NCBI GenBank assembly: GCA_965153285.1 | Contig: OZ229112.1 | Strand: one strand, 5' to 3' | From: Podarcis tiliguerta | Lineage: Eukaryota | DNA: 64,000 bases | Made by a program: the position numbers and the translations under genes | The notes under the pieces: generated by a model | Databases searched by the model: none | What the model was told of the DNA's origin: nothing | What the model saw: the letters and a program-made list of their open reading frames with translations, nothing else | Part shown: positions 13,036-24,669 of the stretch, in pieces | Position numbering within the stretch: the first letter of the stretch is position 1 | How the letters are laid out: every line of letters begins with the position of its first letter

Positions 13036-14267
13036 CTGATATTTTTGCTTCTGTCTCCTCCTAGGAAATCATTCTAAAAACACAGCCCTGAAGCATAAGG
13101 ATCTTCTAAACAAGAGGTTCCCAAAGTTATTTGTCCTACCACCCACTTTTCGGGGGGGGGGGGATACTCACCACCACCATCACCACCACCCCAGAAATCT
13201 ACCTTCCTTAAGCGGGAAAGTGGGAAATGTACACATCCTTCCCTATACCTGAATTATGGCTTTGGCCTCTGGCTGCTGTCAGCATTTAGACCAACATCTC
13301 TTCTGAGCCAGCTGAGCAGAGAAACGAGACATTGAGAGCTCACTGTGTTGACCAGAGTGCATGCAGAGGTGTTTGCAACCTGCTTGCCAGCTGCCTGGGC
13401 TGAATTTACACAGACACCGTTTGGGCTGTGCAATTAATCACAGAACAAAGGGGCTGGCTGCACAGCTGTTACGGAAACGTGTGCTGTTCCACTAACTTTG
13501 CCTTGTGACTCTTTTTATTTTAAGCTTTGTCTGTCTGAGCACTTCCCAGCAGTTTGACCTAGCAAGCACACATGGGCAATGCCGTGTTGTGGGGAGATTT
13601 CGGGTTTTGCTGCTTCTTTTAATGCCAGGTAATGAGAAGATGGTGGTGTGGCGCAATTACTCCAGATATGTTGATCCATCCAAATGATTTAGCGTTCAAT
13701 ATTGTTCAGAGCAGGGTGCGTTAGCCTGTGCCAAAGCAAACATCCCAACGTTGTGCCAAGGAAATCTTTATTGTGTTCCCAGAATAAATCACAAAAATGA
13801 TCATGATTTTCATAAATTAGTCTGATTGCAGTGCTGGTATTTGAGCAGAATATGAGTGGCACTATTACAAAGGTGCCATGTCAAACCCAAATCTCTGTTG
13901 AGCTGTAGACAAGATTCCAGGGGCTTCCAGGTGCTCATCCAGGTACTTCCAGTGAGTATCAAGATGCTTTAAGATGTTTCCTCTGAGAATCAAGACACTC
14001 TGGGAAGCCAAATTTGTTACCAATGCTAATATTTTTGCTATGTTTACAGTACTGGGACAGAAGAGGATGGAAGAAAAACACTAACCTCTTTGGCAAATGC
14101 ACAGACAAATCCAGATTATGATAATGAAAAAATCCTTCCTGAATGCAAAACAAGGTAAACAAGTGGTGCCTGTGGTGTGCTCCAGTATTCCAGCCAGCCA
14201 AGCATAACCTCTTCCAGGAGACTCCATTCCATTTTCCCTCCCCCACCTTCCCAGTCCCACCCTGTAA

Positions 14268-14658
14268 GGTAAAAAGGTAAAAGGTAAAGGACCCCTGGAT
14301 GGTTAAGTCCAGTCAAAGGCGACTATGGGGTTGCGGCGCTCATCTTGCTTTCAGGCCGAGGGAGCCAGCGTTTGTCCACAGACAGCTTTCTGGGTCATGT
14401 GGTCAGCATGACTAAACTCCTTCTGGCGCAACAGAACACCATGATGGAAACCAGAGCGCATGGAAATGCCGTTTACCTTCCCGCCACAGTGGTACCTATT
14501 TATCTACTTGCACTGTCATGCTTTCGAACTACTAGGTTGAAAGAAGCTGGGACAGAGCAACGGGAGCTCAGTACTGTCGAGCGGCTTCGAACCACCAACC
14601 TTCTAATCGGCAAGCCCAAGAGGCTCAATGATTTAGACCATGATGCCACTCCCTAACC
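14268..14658 (-). mobile_element. Sauria SINE, full length
   Basis: AAAGGT tail repeats at the left end; TSD CCCACCCTGTAA at 14256-14267 and 14659-14670. Confidence 0.9.
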
Positions 14659-14969
14659 CCCACCCTGTAACAGTCAGCCAGCACTCTGTACTCACTGAAA
14701 ATATTAGTCCTCATTGGGCTGTTTGGGGGGCGCATCCACCATTACATATAATTTTGTTTTGTACACATGCAAACCCTTGGAGTTCCTCAAGCCTGCTGAC
14801 ACTTCCCTCTTGTACATGGGGGGCATAAACTGATTGATGCAGAATGCAAAGTTTTTTGAACCTGTGGGCACATTGGCCAGCCAGAGAAACTGTTGTGGGC
14901 ACTACACTCCAACATGCTGAAATCACCCCCATGCCTCACTTACATCTTCTGTTGGCAAAAAGAGACTTA

Positions 14970-16066
14970 CCGTATTTTTCGCCCTATTGGACGCACCGGC
15001 CCATAGGACGCACCTAGTTTTCAGGGGGGGAAATCAAGGAAAAAAATATGATTTCCCCCCCGCAGCTCTGGGAGCAGCGGACAGGCTGCACGCAGCCTGT
15101 GCGCTACTCCAAGACCTTCTCCCTGCTTTTGCGGGAGGTGGCGGAATTCCCTCACCTCCCCCAAAAGCCCACAGGAGCCCTGCGCGACTCCTACGGGCTT
15201 TTCGACCAGGAGGGAAAAGGGACTGAAATGGCCAGTCAGTCCCTTCTCCCTCCTCGGGAAAAGCCCCCAAGAGCGGCGCGCTCTTCAAAGGGTTTGTGGC
15301 TCCTGCTGGCTTTTCTACGAGAATTCCCCCACCTCCTAGAAAAGCCAGCAGAAGCCGCGGAGCCCCTTTAAAGAGCCTGCGGCTTTTGCCTGCTTTTGCG
15401 GGAGGTGGGGGAATTCCCCAATCTTCCGCAAAAGCCCACAGGAGGGAGAAGGGACGGACTCCAGTCAGTCCCTTCTCCCTCCTTGGGGAAAAGCCCCCAA
15501 GAGGGGCGCGCTCTTCAAAGGGTGCGCGGCTCTTGCGGGCTTTTCTGCGAGTGGGGGAATTCCCCCACCTCCTAGAAAAGCCAGCAGAAGCCACGGAGCC
15601 CCTTTAAAGAGCGCGCAGCTTTTGCCTGCTTTTGTGGGAAGTGGGGGAATTCCCCCATCTCCTGCAAAAGCCAACAGGAGGGTTGGAGAGTAGGGGGAAG
15701 GCGTCACGCGCCTTCCTGCTGCCCCCCATCCTCTGGGGCTGACGATGGGGGAAGCGCTCCTTTCCCCCCCGCCAGCCTCAAAGCTGGGTTGGAGGGTAGC
15801 AGGAAGGCGTCGCGCGCCTTCCTGCTGCCCCCCATCCTCTGGGGCTGACGATGGGGGAAGCGCTGCTTTCCCCCACTGCCAGCCTCAAAGAGCAGACTCT
15901 CCTGGCTCCAGCGGAAGCAACGCAAAGCCTCCAGAGCACAGGCTTTGGAGGCTTCGCGTTGCTATCGCTGAAGCCAAGGAGCCTGCATTCGCCCCATAAG
16001 ACGCACACACATTTCCCCTTCATTTTTGGAGGGGGAAAAGTGCGTCTTATAGGGCGAAAAATATGG
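14970..16066 (+). mobile_element. Non-autonomous Tc1/mariner-superfamily (Tc2/pogo-like) element with GC-rich palindromic interior
   Basis: TIRs CCGTATTTTTCGCCCTAT / ATAGGGCGAAAAATATGG; TA TSD at 14968-14969 and 16067-16068; short relative at 22265-22527. Confidence 0.9.
15125..15892. repeat. Array of palindromes: ~236-bp period unit plus a 106-bp tandem duplication
   Basis: GAATTC-centred palindromes at 15144, 15321, 15411, 15557 and 15647; 106-bp duplication starting at 15681 and 15787. Confidence 0.85.
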
Positions 16067-17729
16067 TATTTCAAACTACGATGAAAAGGTTGAGTGCCTT
16101 TGAGTGCCACACTGGCGACTCTTGGACTAATTCCATATGAATTTAAAGTACCTTGAAGCTACAATCCTAAACTCATTTACTATAGTCAGTCCTTTTGAAG
16201 TCAGGAGGACTTAATTCTGAGCAGAGATTGTGTTGCGTGTCACTTCAGGTCCTTAGCTGTCTGATCGTGAAAGTTGACGCACTTTAAATGCATGGTGCAT
16301 TGATCGCCAGAGGTTAGGTAATAGACGGTTGCAATTAATGCTATTAAACTCATTGCCTTTTGCGCGCTGTAAACCCCGCTGCCAGTTATTCTCAAAAAGG
16401 GTATGAACTTCTGTTCTCAAATGTGTCATTAAAGAATACTGGCACAGGTTTGCTTTCAGGACAGGAGCTGGGAAGGAGATCAGCAAGGAAGCGGTTGAAA
16501 ATGCCAAAGTCCCCATTTGTATATCTGATCTTGACAACTACCTCCCCCCCCCCCCCAATACAAGCTCGTTTGTCACATGAAAGAGCTGTACCAACAGCAT
16601 GACACACAGTCACAAGACAGGGACTTGAGCATCAGACAGGTGAAACTCCAGTTTGATCACTGTGGGTTTTCAAAGGCTGGCAAACATGTTAAAATCTTGC
16701 TGGCAATACTAATTGTCCACTCAGAGGTCCTTGAGGTTCTCTATTTACAGCCATAAATAAAGCAGGTCTGGGCCCTAATCATTATAAATATACCTGCATC
16801 ACTGAATATTTTCAGATATTTTTCCACGGAGAACCACTAGATGTGGGAGAGGACCTTGACAAACATGACCTGTTTTTTTTTGGGGGGGGGGGTTAGAATA
16901 AGGAAATGTTAGAACAGAACCTAGTGTGCCTCCATATTCTGAAAACTATACGCAAAGGCACACTTGTTTACTTTGCTCTCCTTTCTTTCGAAAATTAAAC
17001 CACCCAATTTAAAAACACACACAATTGTTTTTTTCTAGGTCACCCACATGTACATTTCTCTATTTTAAAAAAGTTTTTCAAGCATGAAAGTATTGCACAA
17101 GTGCGTGCTCCATCTTCTCCTTTCGAGTATAAATCACAGCCTGATAGAAAGAAGAAGTTTGCTCTCTAGTGGTCGAATTAAAAACAGTCACAGAAAATAA
17201 TTCATTTTCTTTTTAAAGAAATAATGGTGGGTGTTACCAAAGTTTGCGGCCTTCCTTCAGTATAGTCCTGGGATTATCAGACACCCGCCTCCCTCAGTTA
17301 TTACCATCTAAAAGACAAGAACTACTGCAAGATCCGGGAGAAAAAACAATGGCTTTATATAGAGGTCTTTCTTCAAAACATAAGCTATATACTCAAGGTA
17401 ACCTCACTGAGTGAACTTTACTCAGTGGTTACTTGTTGGGAGCAGTGACTGTGATGTCCTCCTTCCAGTGATGGTTGAATTCTGCTTGTCAGGATGAGGA
17501 TGGGTTAGGGTTAGGGTTGTCACCTTTGGTTGGGCAAAATACGGGACAGGTTGGGGGAGAGAATTGGGGGGCTGAGAAAGAAAGCACAAGAAAGAAAAAG
17601 GGGGAGGAGTGCTCCGAGAGTGTATTTAAAAGCAGTGCCACATTAAAAATGGAACTATTATTACGGACCAAATAAGTCTCATTTTCCAAAATAGATATCA
17701 TAAATACAATCAGGGAGCGAGAATTTGAG

Positions 17730-18150
17730 CTGTCTCACCAAAGGCACGGAAGCAGTTTTGGCTCCCCCTCCCCATGTATTTTTTGAGGGAGCCAGGCCCC
17801 CTAATTTTTCAGAGGGTGTTCAGCTCAGCCCCCTGGCTCCTCATGACATCACGTCATGACATCACTGTCTCACCAAAGGCACAGAAGCAGTTTTGGCTCC
17901 CCCCCTCCCCCTCCCCCCCATGTGTTTTTTGAGGGAGCCAGGCCCCCTAATTTTTCAGAGGGTGTTCAGCTCAGCCCCCTGGCTCCTCATGACATCACGT
18001 CATGACATCACTGTCTCACCAAAGGCACAGAAGCAGTTTTGGCTCCCCCCCTCCCCCTCCCCCCCATGTGTTTTTTGAGGGAGCCAGGCCCCCTAATTTT
18101 TCAGATGGTGTTCAGCTCAGCCCCCTGGCTCCTCATGACATCACGTGACC
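17730..18150. repeat. Minisatellite of three ~135-146-bp units, probably inside a hAT-like MITE
   Basis: Units start CTGTCTCACCAAAGGCAC at 17730, 17865 and 18011 and are near-identical. Confidence 0.92.
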
Positions 18151-18874
18151 TCATGTTGGCCCCTCCCAATATGCTGGAGCAGCTAGTGCCTCTGTCACTC
18201 ACCACACCCATTGCAAGGAAGGAGTTTTCAGGGCAAATGCCCTTGCGTTTTAGCTGCTCTTACACACTTAGGATGCAATCATACACATTTATGTAGCAGG
18301 TAGTTCTGCAGAACATAATAGGGTCACTTCTGCATAAGATGGCACTGCTAAGCCCGAGTCCACTGAATGGCAACCTGCGTATTGAAATAGCTTTCTCCGT
18401 GCAAAGAGCTGGTTCATATAAATCACAAGAGATGGTGGCAGGCATGAAAACCTCTGACTAGCTAGGAGGACTGTACACTGAAAATGGAGTGGCAAATGCA
18501 AGCAGGCTGCTGCCCTTATAGAGAGCTTCCACCTGGACTCTAAAATTTCCCTATTGTTAGATGGGGAGATCTGCAATGACAGGATTGGTCTGGCAGAATC
18601 CCGAGTCAACCGAGGTCAGAAAGGAATTGTTTCCCGCAACTCTGGCAGCTTCTGACCTTTTCATGTAGCACAGAGGTATGATTTGCTGGTAGAATCTCCC
18701 AGGCATGTTTTGCTTATTCTTACACACACGTCTCTCTTAGTCATTTGTGACCTTTGATTGCCCCATGCCAAAATCAGTGTAACAGGGTCTAATCGTAACT
18801 TGCTAGCAGAATTTGGGTATTGCCTATTCTGATGCAGTGTCTAAGGGTTCTAGGTTGAATTGGACCTCCTAGCT

Positions 18875-19330
18875 TATAGAACTGTGCAAGGCATGGAGAA
18901 GGTGCCTAGAGAGAAGTTTTTCTCACTCTCTTGTAACACTAGAATTCCTAGAGGTCCAATGAAGCTGAATGTTGGAAGATTCAGGGCAGATAAAATGAAG
19001 TACTTCTTCATGCAGTACATGGTCAAACTATGGACCTGACTCCTACAGGGGGCAGGGATGGCCACCAAACCAGAAGGCTTTAAAAGAGGATTAGACAAAG
19101 TCATGTTGGAGAGAGCTAGCAGAGGTTATGTTCTACCTGCACAGTTGGAGACAGTAATGCTTCTAAGAACCAGTTTCTGGAAGCCACAGGAGGGGAGAGG
19201 GCTCTTGTGCTTGAATCCTGCTTGCTGGTTTTCCACAGGCATCTGGTTGGCTCCTGTGAGGCATCTGGTTGGCTCCTGGATGCTGGACCAGATGGGCCAT
19301 TCGGGAGGTTCTTCTTGTGTTCTCAGTTAC
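18875..19330 (+). mobile_element. CR1 LINE 3' fragment (end of ORF2 plus 3' UTR)
   Basis: CCAATGAAGCTGAATGTTGGAAGATTCAGG..ATAAAATGAAGTACTTCTTCA and GGCTTTAAAAGAGGATTAGACAAA, typical of the squamate CR1 3' end. Confidence 0.75.
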
Positions 19331-19645
19331 CTTCACATCTCTCTGAACCAGCCCTGCCAACATCAACATGGAGATGAATTCCCGAGACAGCCCTGTCAAC
19401 GAGAACTGACCCAGCTAGTGTTGCATCCTCTAGTTCAGCTGCCGAGAGAAGAGAGTGCAAATCCTGGAGGATGTCTGTGGCATTTTCATTGTTGCCTACA
19501 AGATGCTATAAGTTGCTGGGTTGGGGGAGAGTTTTCAGAAGGAACACTCTACACATTCAGAGACATTCTATTTTTTCATCTATTTTTAAAATCAGAAATG
19601 TCTTCCTTTCACAATGGAGAGGCACTTTGCACATGTTTTAAAACA

Positions 19646-19672
19646 TTATTATTATTATTATTATTATTATTA
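19646..19672. repeat. (TTA)n microsatellite
   Basis: Direct reading. Confidence 0.9.
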
Positions 19673-19705
19673 AAGAAATAAATCAATGAAGTGCTATATT
19701 AAATA

Positions 19706-19950
19706 AAGCACATCAAAGTGCAAGTAGATAAATAGGTACCGCTCTGGCGGGAATGTAAACGGCGTTTCCGTGTGCTGCTCTGGTTTCGCCAGAAGCGGCA
19801 TAGTCATGCTGGACACATGACCCAGAAGCTGTCTGCGGACAAACGCCGGCTCCCTCAGCCTGTAGAGCAAGATGAGTGCTGCAACCCCAGAGTCGTCCGT
19901 GGCTGGACCTAATGGTCAGAGGTCCCTTTACCTTTACTACTACTACTACT
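19706..19950 (+). mobile_element. Sauria SINE, 5'-truncated
   Basis: GTGCAAGTAGATAAATAGGTACC core and CCTTTACCTTTAC tail; no tRNA head. Confidence 0.88.
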
Positions 19951-21451
19951 ATTTACTACGACAACGACTATTTGCACCATGCCCATTTGACTGGGTTATC
20001 CCAGCCACTCTGGGCAGCTTCCAACAAAATATAAAAACAATGTTTTTTGTTATAAACTTATAAAAAAGCAAAAGTTTTCATCCCTCCTGGTAAATCGAGG
20101 CTTAAGGCACGAAGTATAGGACCATTGTGAAAGAGAGTGTGGGCATAAAAGCTGGGAAAGTGCTGAGGGCCACCTGTGTCAAAAAGACAAAGTCTGAATT
20201 TCTGGAACGTGGTGTTTTTAATAGGTTATCCTCGTAAGTTAGATGAGGTCAGGCACAGGCTATTCTTTTACTACTTCTGCTTTATTGCTTTTGATTATAG
20301 TGGATATGGCCAGATGAGCTGAGTTTAAAACAAGGCAGATGGGGTAATGGGGGTTAGCAGAGGTGCAGAAAAGAGGCAGGCGTTTAATATTAACAATTAG
20401 AGGGTGGGCAGCAGAGTACCAAGCAAGTCTGACCACACATCACCCATTCTCCTGCTCTTTCACTGATTTTAAATGGGAGAATTTGAAGCATTTAACAGCA
20501 AACATATAAAACAGAACAAAGCCAGTGAACAAAGACTCCTTTGTTCAGAATATTCTAAAATACAATCATGAACCTTTTTAATTAAATGGATTTCATTTTA
20601 TTCTTTGAGCTGGATGTGGAGTATGGGTGTAGGGGCAGTTGGTTCTCAATATATTAAAACAGGATTAGGCAGATCGGGATCTACTGATAGGTCTCTAGGT
20701 AACTTGCAGCAGATCACCCAGGATTTCCAACTCTCAGCTATTTAAGAAGAACAATCACTTCTTTTTCAAATTAAGCTGCTGAAATGGGGTGGGGAGGAAA
20801 ATTTGAGGTAAAACCAGAAGTGGACTATGAGCTCATTTCTGGAACTGAAAGCAAATTATTTGGGAGGGGATGCACTCAAAAGTGTTCTCTTCCCCAATCC
20901 CGGGTGTGTTTCCGCCCCTCTTTCTAAGCCACTATTTCATATTTGGCTCCATCTGGTGGACTTCGGAGTTCTCTTGAATGGAAGTGGTTTTCCTGAATGT
21001 GGCATCTGAGTGGCAGTTCCACATTCTCGGTGCTCTGGTCCCATTGCATACTTTTCACGGAAAAGCTCTTCAATCCAACCCCAGTGCTGATGCCACCCAC
21101 CCGCTCACAAGAAATGCACAACCTGCTTTAAACAGTCTGTTGAAGCTGGAGTTCTTCTTTGCTATCAGATGGTGAGCGAAAATTAAATCCTGCTGCCTCG
21201 GCTGTGCTGTCCTTTCTCAAGGACAGACAGCTGAGGCAGAATTAAACCATGTCATCCCACCAGAGATATCAGCTGATGAGCAGGTGGGTGTGACTTGGGG
21301 GAAATGGCCTCATGGGCCTCAATTGGCCTATGGGCCAGAGCTTCCCCAGCTCTGCTTTTCAGGCTTGCCAGGCCAAAAGCTGGGGAAAGTCTGCTGTTAA
21401 GTCTCTAGATAGAGGAAGATCCCTCCTTCCTTCCCTGGCCATGTTATATCC

Positions 21452-21648
21452 CAGCCATGTCCAAAGTCCATTTCGGGGGCCTAATCCGGCCCACCGGTTG
21501 GTTTAATCCGGCCCCCATGGCAGTTTATTCCCTCAACAACTTCAATCCTAAAAGAAGGTCAACAACTTTGGTTGGCCCTTTGGTCGGCCCTCATGGCCCT
21601 TCACTTCCTCAAATCTGGCCCTCTTTGAAAAAAGTTTGGGCACCACTG
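21452..21648. mobile_element. hAT MITE
   Basis: CAG...CTG ends; perfect 8-bp TSD TTATATCC (21444-21451, 21649-21656); related 3' fragment at ~61345-61470. Confidence 0.85.
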
Positions 21649-22264
21649 TTATATCCCATACTTGCTGTGTTATGTGTCCACCTGGAGTCCTGAACACTTA
21701 CTGCAGGTAAGAGAGGAGGCTAGACAGCAGAAATGGGGCAGGAGAAGTCACCATTGTTTCATCTCCTGCTGCACTGGGAGAGTTAAAATGTATTATGCAT
21801 GTTCTTCTGTCTTCAGCCAGGCAAGCCTTACACTTTCCCATTCACACACATTATTACTGACTGAATGCTAATTGGATGGAACTCTTGGAGCTGAGGCATC
21901 ATCCATCAAGAGCAAGACCAGTTTAGCCTATGTTTCCTGTATCCTAATGAAGTAAAGAATTAATCTCTGGCCTAATGCAATTGCCTGTCAACCTTGCTGT
22001 TGTTCTTACAGCCTTTCTTTTGATGGCTGTACTACTTTGTTCTTATTCAGACACACACAATATTTAACACAGAACCTTTAGGTTTTCGGCTCTTTATCTT
22101 TACTGTAAATAACACAGTCTTACTGGAAAATGCAGAAGTAGATTTAGAAACTGTTTCTGGGATATTGTTTCATCACCACACTGGAAATAAAGGAAGTACT
22201 ATTGCTTCCCTCACCCCTCTCTGCAACAGTCTTGTAGCATCCTCTTGTGACTCATTACAGAGTA

Positions 22265-22527
22265 CCGTATTTTTTGCTCTATAAGACTCACTTTTTTCCC
22301 TCCTAAAAAGTAAGGGGAAATGTGTGTGTGTGTGTCTTATGGAGCGAATGCAGGCTGCGCAGCTATCCCAGAAGCCAGAACAACAAGAGAGATCGCTGCA
22401 TTTGCTGCACAGCAATCCCTCTTGCTGTTCTGGCTTCTGAGAGTCAGAATATTTTTTTCTTGTTTTCCTCCTCCAAAGACTTGGTGCATCTTATGGTCTG
22501 GTGCGTCTTATAGAGCGAAAAATATGG
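22265..22527 (-). mobile_element. Short (263 bp) relative of the Tc2/pogo-like element at 14970
   Basis: TIRs CCGTATTTTTTGCTCTATAAGAC / GTCTTATAGAGCGAAAAATATGG; TA TSD; subterminal sequence is the reverse complement of ~15980-16066. Confidence 0.9.
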
Positions 22528-23440
22528 TAAGTTTGAAAAGTTGCAGCCTTACTTAAATTCCATGTCAATGGTTCTGTTTCTATCAGCAGACAAAGCAACC
22601 TTTGCAGTGCTGTCTGGCCTGGTGTGTATGTGCTTGTTCCATCATGTTGGAGGTATCCTGTCCTAGAAGGGACATTTTAAGGTTGTACCTAATGACCAGA
22701 AGTACCTGTGCTGAAGAAACTGGGGTGTTCCATTCAAAAAACACAGTTATCAGGTTGGGGGGGGGGAGTTCCTTGTTAACACACAGCTATGTTAAACATA
22801 CACTTCAGAATAAATTTGCCAGGAATGATCAGAGAGAGAAAGAGAGAGACCAATGTCTCCTGAAAGCAAAACTGATTTCTCTAATTTTACTAAATGGGGG
22901 AAATGTTACAATGGGATGAGGGGTTAGGTAGCAGCGGGTGGTGAGCAAACACTAGGGCGAGGAGTGTGACTGACAGATCAAGCTTGTAATCACAGGAAAT
23001 TTTCCTACGAATCCTCAATCTTGGTGCATTTTGGAGAGGGCTGTTAAAGTAAATAAAGAGCTTTGGTCTCTTTTTTTTCTTGCTCTTGTGCAAGTTTGCT
23101 GTCTGAGAAACAGGAGCATTATTTGAAACATTCTGGTATTTTTAATCTTACGCTGCTTGTTTGTTCTTACTAGAGTCATTGGATCCACCCCACCCCAACC
23201 GCCTTTCCTCTTAGAATAGTTCTGGACCAAGGAATTTGCTTTAAGTTCCATATAGTCTATTTCATTTAGTCTGTCACAAGTAATTATATTCAGGCATAGT
23301 ACGCCTTATATTGTTAAATTCTTAGTGTCTCTCTCTCAGACACACCCTCTCCCTCCCACCCACAAACTCTTTAGGCTGTCCCAAGTGATGTTTATTTATT
23401 GTATTATTTATCAGCCTAGCCATAGTCTGCCTTATTAAGC

Positions 23441-23473
<33 letters not shown>
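23441..23473. repeat. (CAT)n microsatellite
   Basis: Direct reading. Confidence 0.9.
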
Positions 23474-24607
23474 TGTTTATATTGCTAAACTCTTGGTGCC
23501 TGTTCTGGAAAATTTCATCCACTTTTGACCAAAGTATAACAGATTATAATATTTTGTTTAATTCCCATACTGAATAGAGAAAATTAAGCCTCATTTCTCC
23601 CAAAGCAGACTTGGACAGACTCTGAAGTACTTAGGAACAGAGGGGACTGTTTTCCAAAGTACCATATTGGGGTACAAACCAAATTTTAAGGTTGGTGTCT
23701 ACCTCTGGCTAACAGACACACACTATTCCTGGGAGGAGCTTGTTTCTGAGAGCCAAGTTGTTCAGAAAAACAGGAATAAAGGCAAGGATTTAATGGTGAA
23801 GGAAATATAAAGAATAAGAATTAGTATTTCAGAATGGATTGCAAGAGGTGTCTGAAGGAATAAAGAGAAATGACTATTCCTGGAATTTACAGGGCGACAA
23901 TAGGGCAGCTGTTTTCTAGAGAAAATCTCCATCTCCAGGGATGTCAGCTCAGCACCTGGCTTTTAATACCAAAATAACACTATGTCTGGTTTATCAGCTC
24001 TAATGATGTGCTTTTCAATTAACACTCTATCATGCCATCAAAAATAAATGTGTCCACATAATTAAAAAAAAAAGTTTAGGCTAATATATCCAGGAGCGGG
24101 AACAGAACCTTCATCTCTCTCTAATTGAAATACTTAATTAAAGAAAGCAATACACTGTCCCTTGAAAGGTTATGGTACAGAAATGCTCCCCAAATCAAAT
24201 ATTTTCCAAGCCAAGTCAGTCTGCTGGTGCAGACACAGGCACTGCTAGGCTTGAGGGGGGACCCCGGACAAGGTGCCCCCCATTACCCAATCTCCCCTCT
24301 GGCTGCCTTCTAGCTGCCATCTGCTAGGCAAGGTGATGTCATTGCCAATATTTTTTTAATCCCCTTTCTATCCTGGTGCCATGAGCTCAATGTTTGCTTT
24401 ATTAGAAGGCTGTTCATGTGACAAGAACAAGGTTAAGCAGACCAAACTCTACACTTCATGCTAAACTGTACCCTTAATACAGCTACTCTGTGCTAGCTTT
24501 TTAAATTTTTGCATGCAAAAGCTCCTGTTTTCGTCCCTGGCCTCCACAGCTAAAAGGACCAGGAAGTAGGTGTTGCAAACTATCTGCCAAAGATTTTGCA
24601 GAGCTGG

Positions 24608-24626
24608 TGCCACCACCTAGTGGCAG
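24608..24626 (-). promoter_or_regulatory. Candidate CTCF site
   Basis: Reverse complement CTGCCACTAGGTGGTGGCA closely matches the CTCF core CCAC(C/T)AG(G/A)(T/G)GGCG. Confidence 0.5.
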
Positions 24627-24669
24627 AGGCCAAGGCCTATGCCACTGCTTATATTGGATTGATTGAAAG

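Noticed and set aside
15125-15892. CRISPR-like array of palindromic repeats
   Set aside because: Eukaryotic DNA; the intervening sequences are themselves repeated rather than unique spacers; bounded by transposon TIRs; no cas genes
14987-16110. Cluster of overlapping ORFs up to 186 aa
   Set aside because: Product of GC-rich repeats; no transposase or other protein motifs
17502-17518. Interstitial telomeric repeat GGGTTAGGGTTAGGGTT
   Set aside because: Only two full units, overlapping what looks like a TAGGGTTGTCA hAT-type terminus
19058-19681. 207-aa ORF
   Set aside because: Runs through a CR1 3' end/UTR and a (TTA)n microsatellite; not a coherent protein
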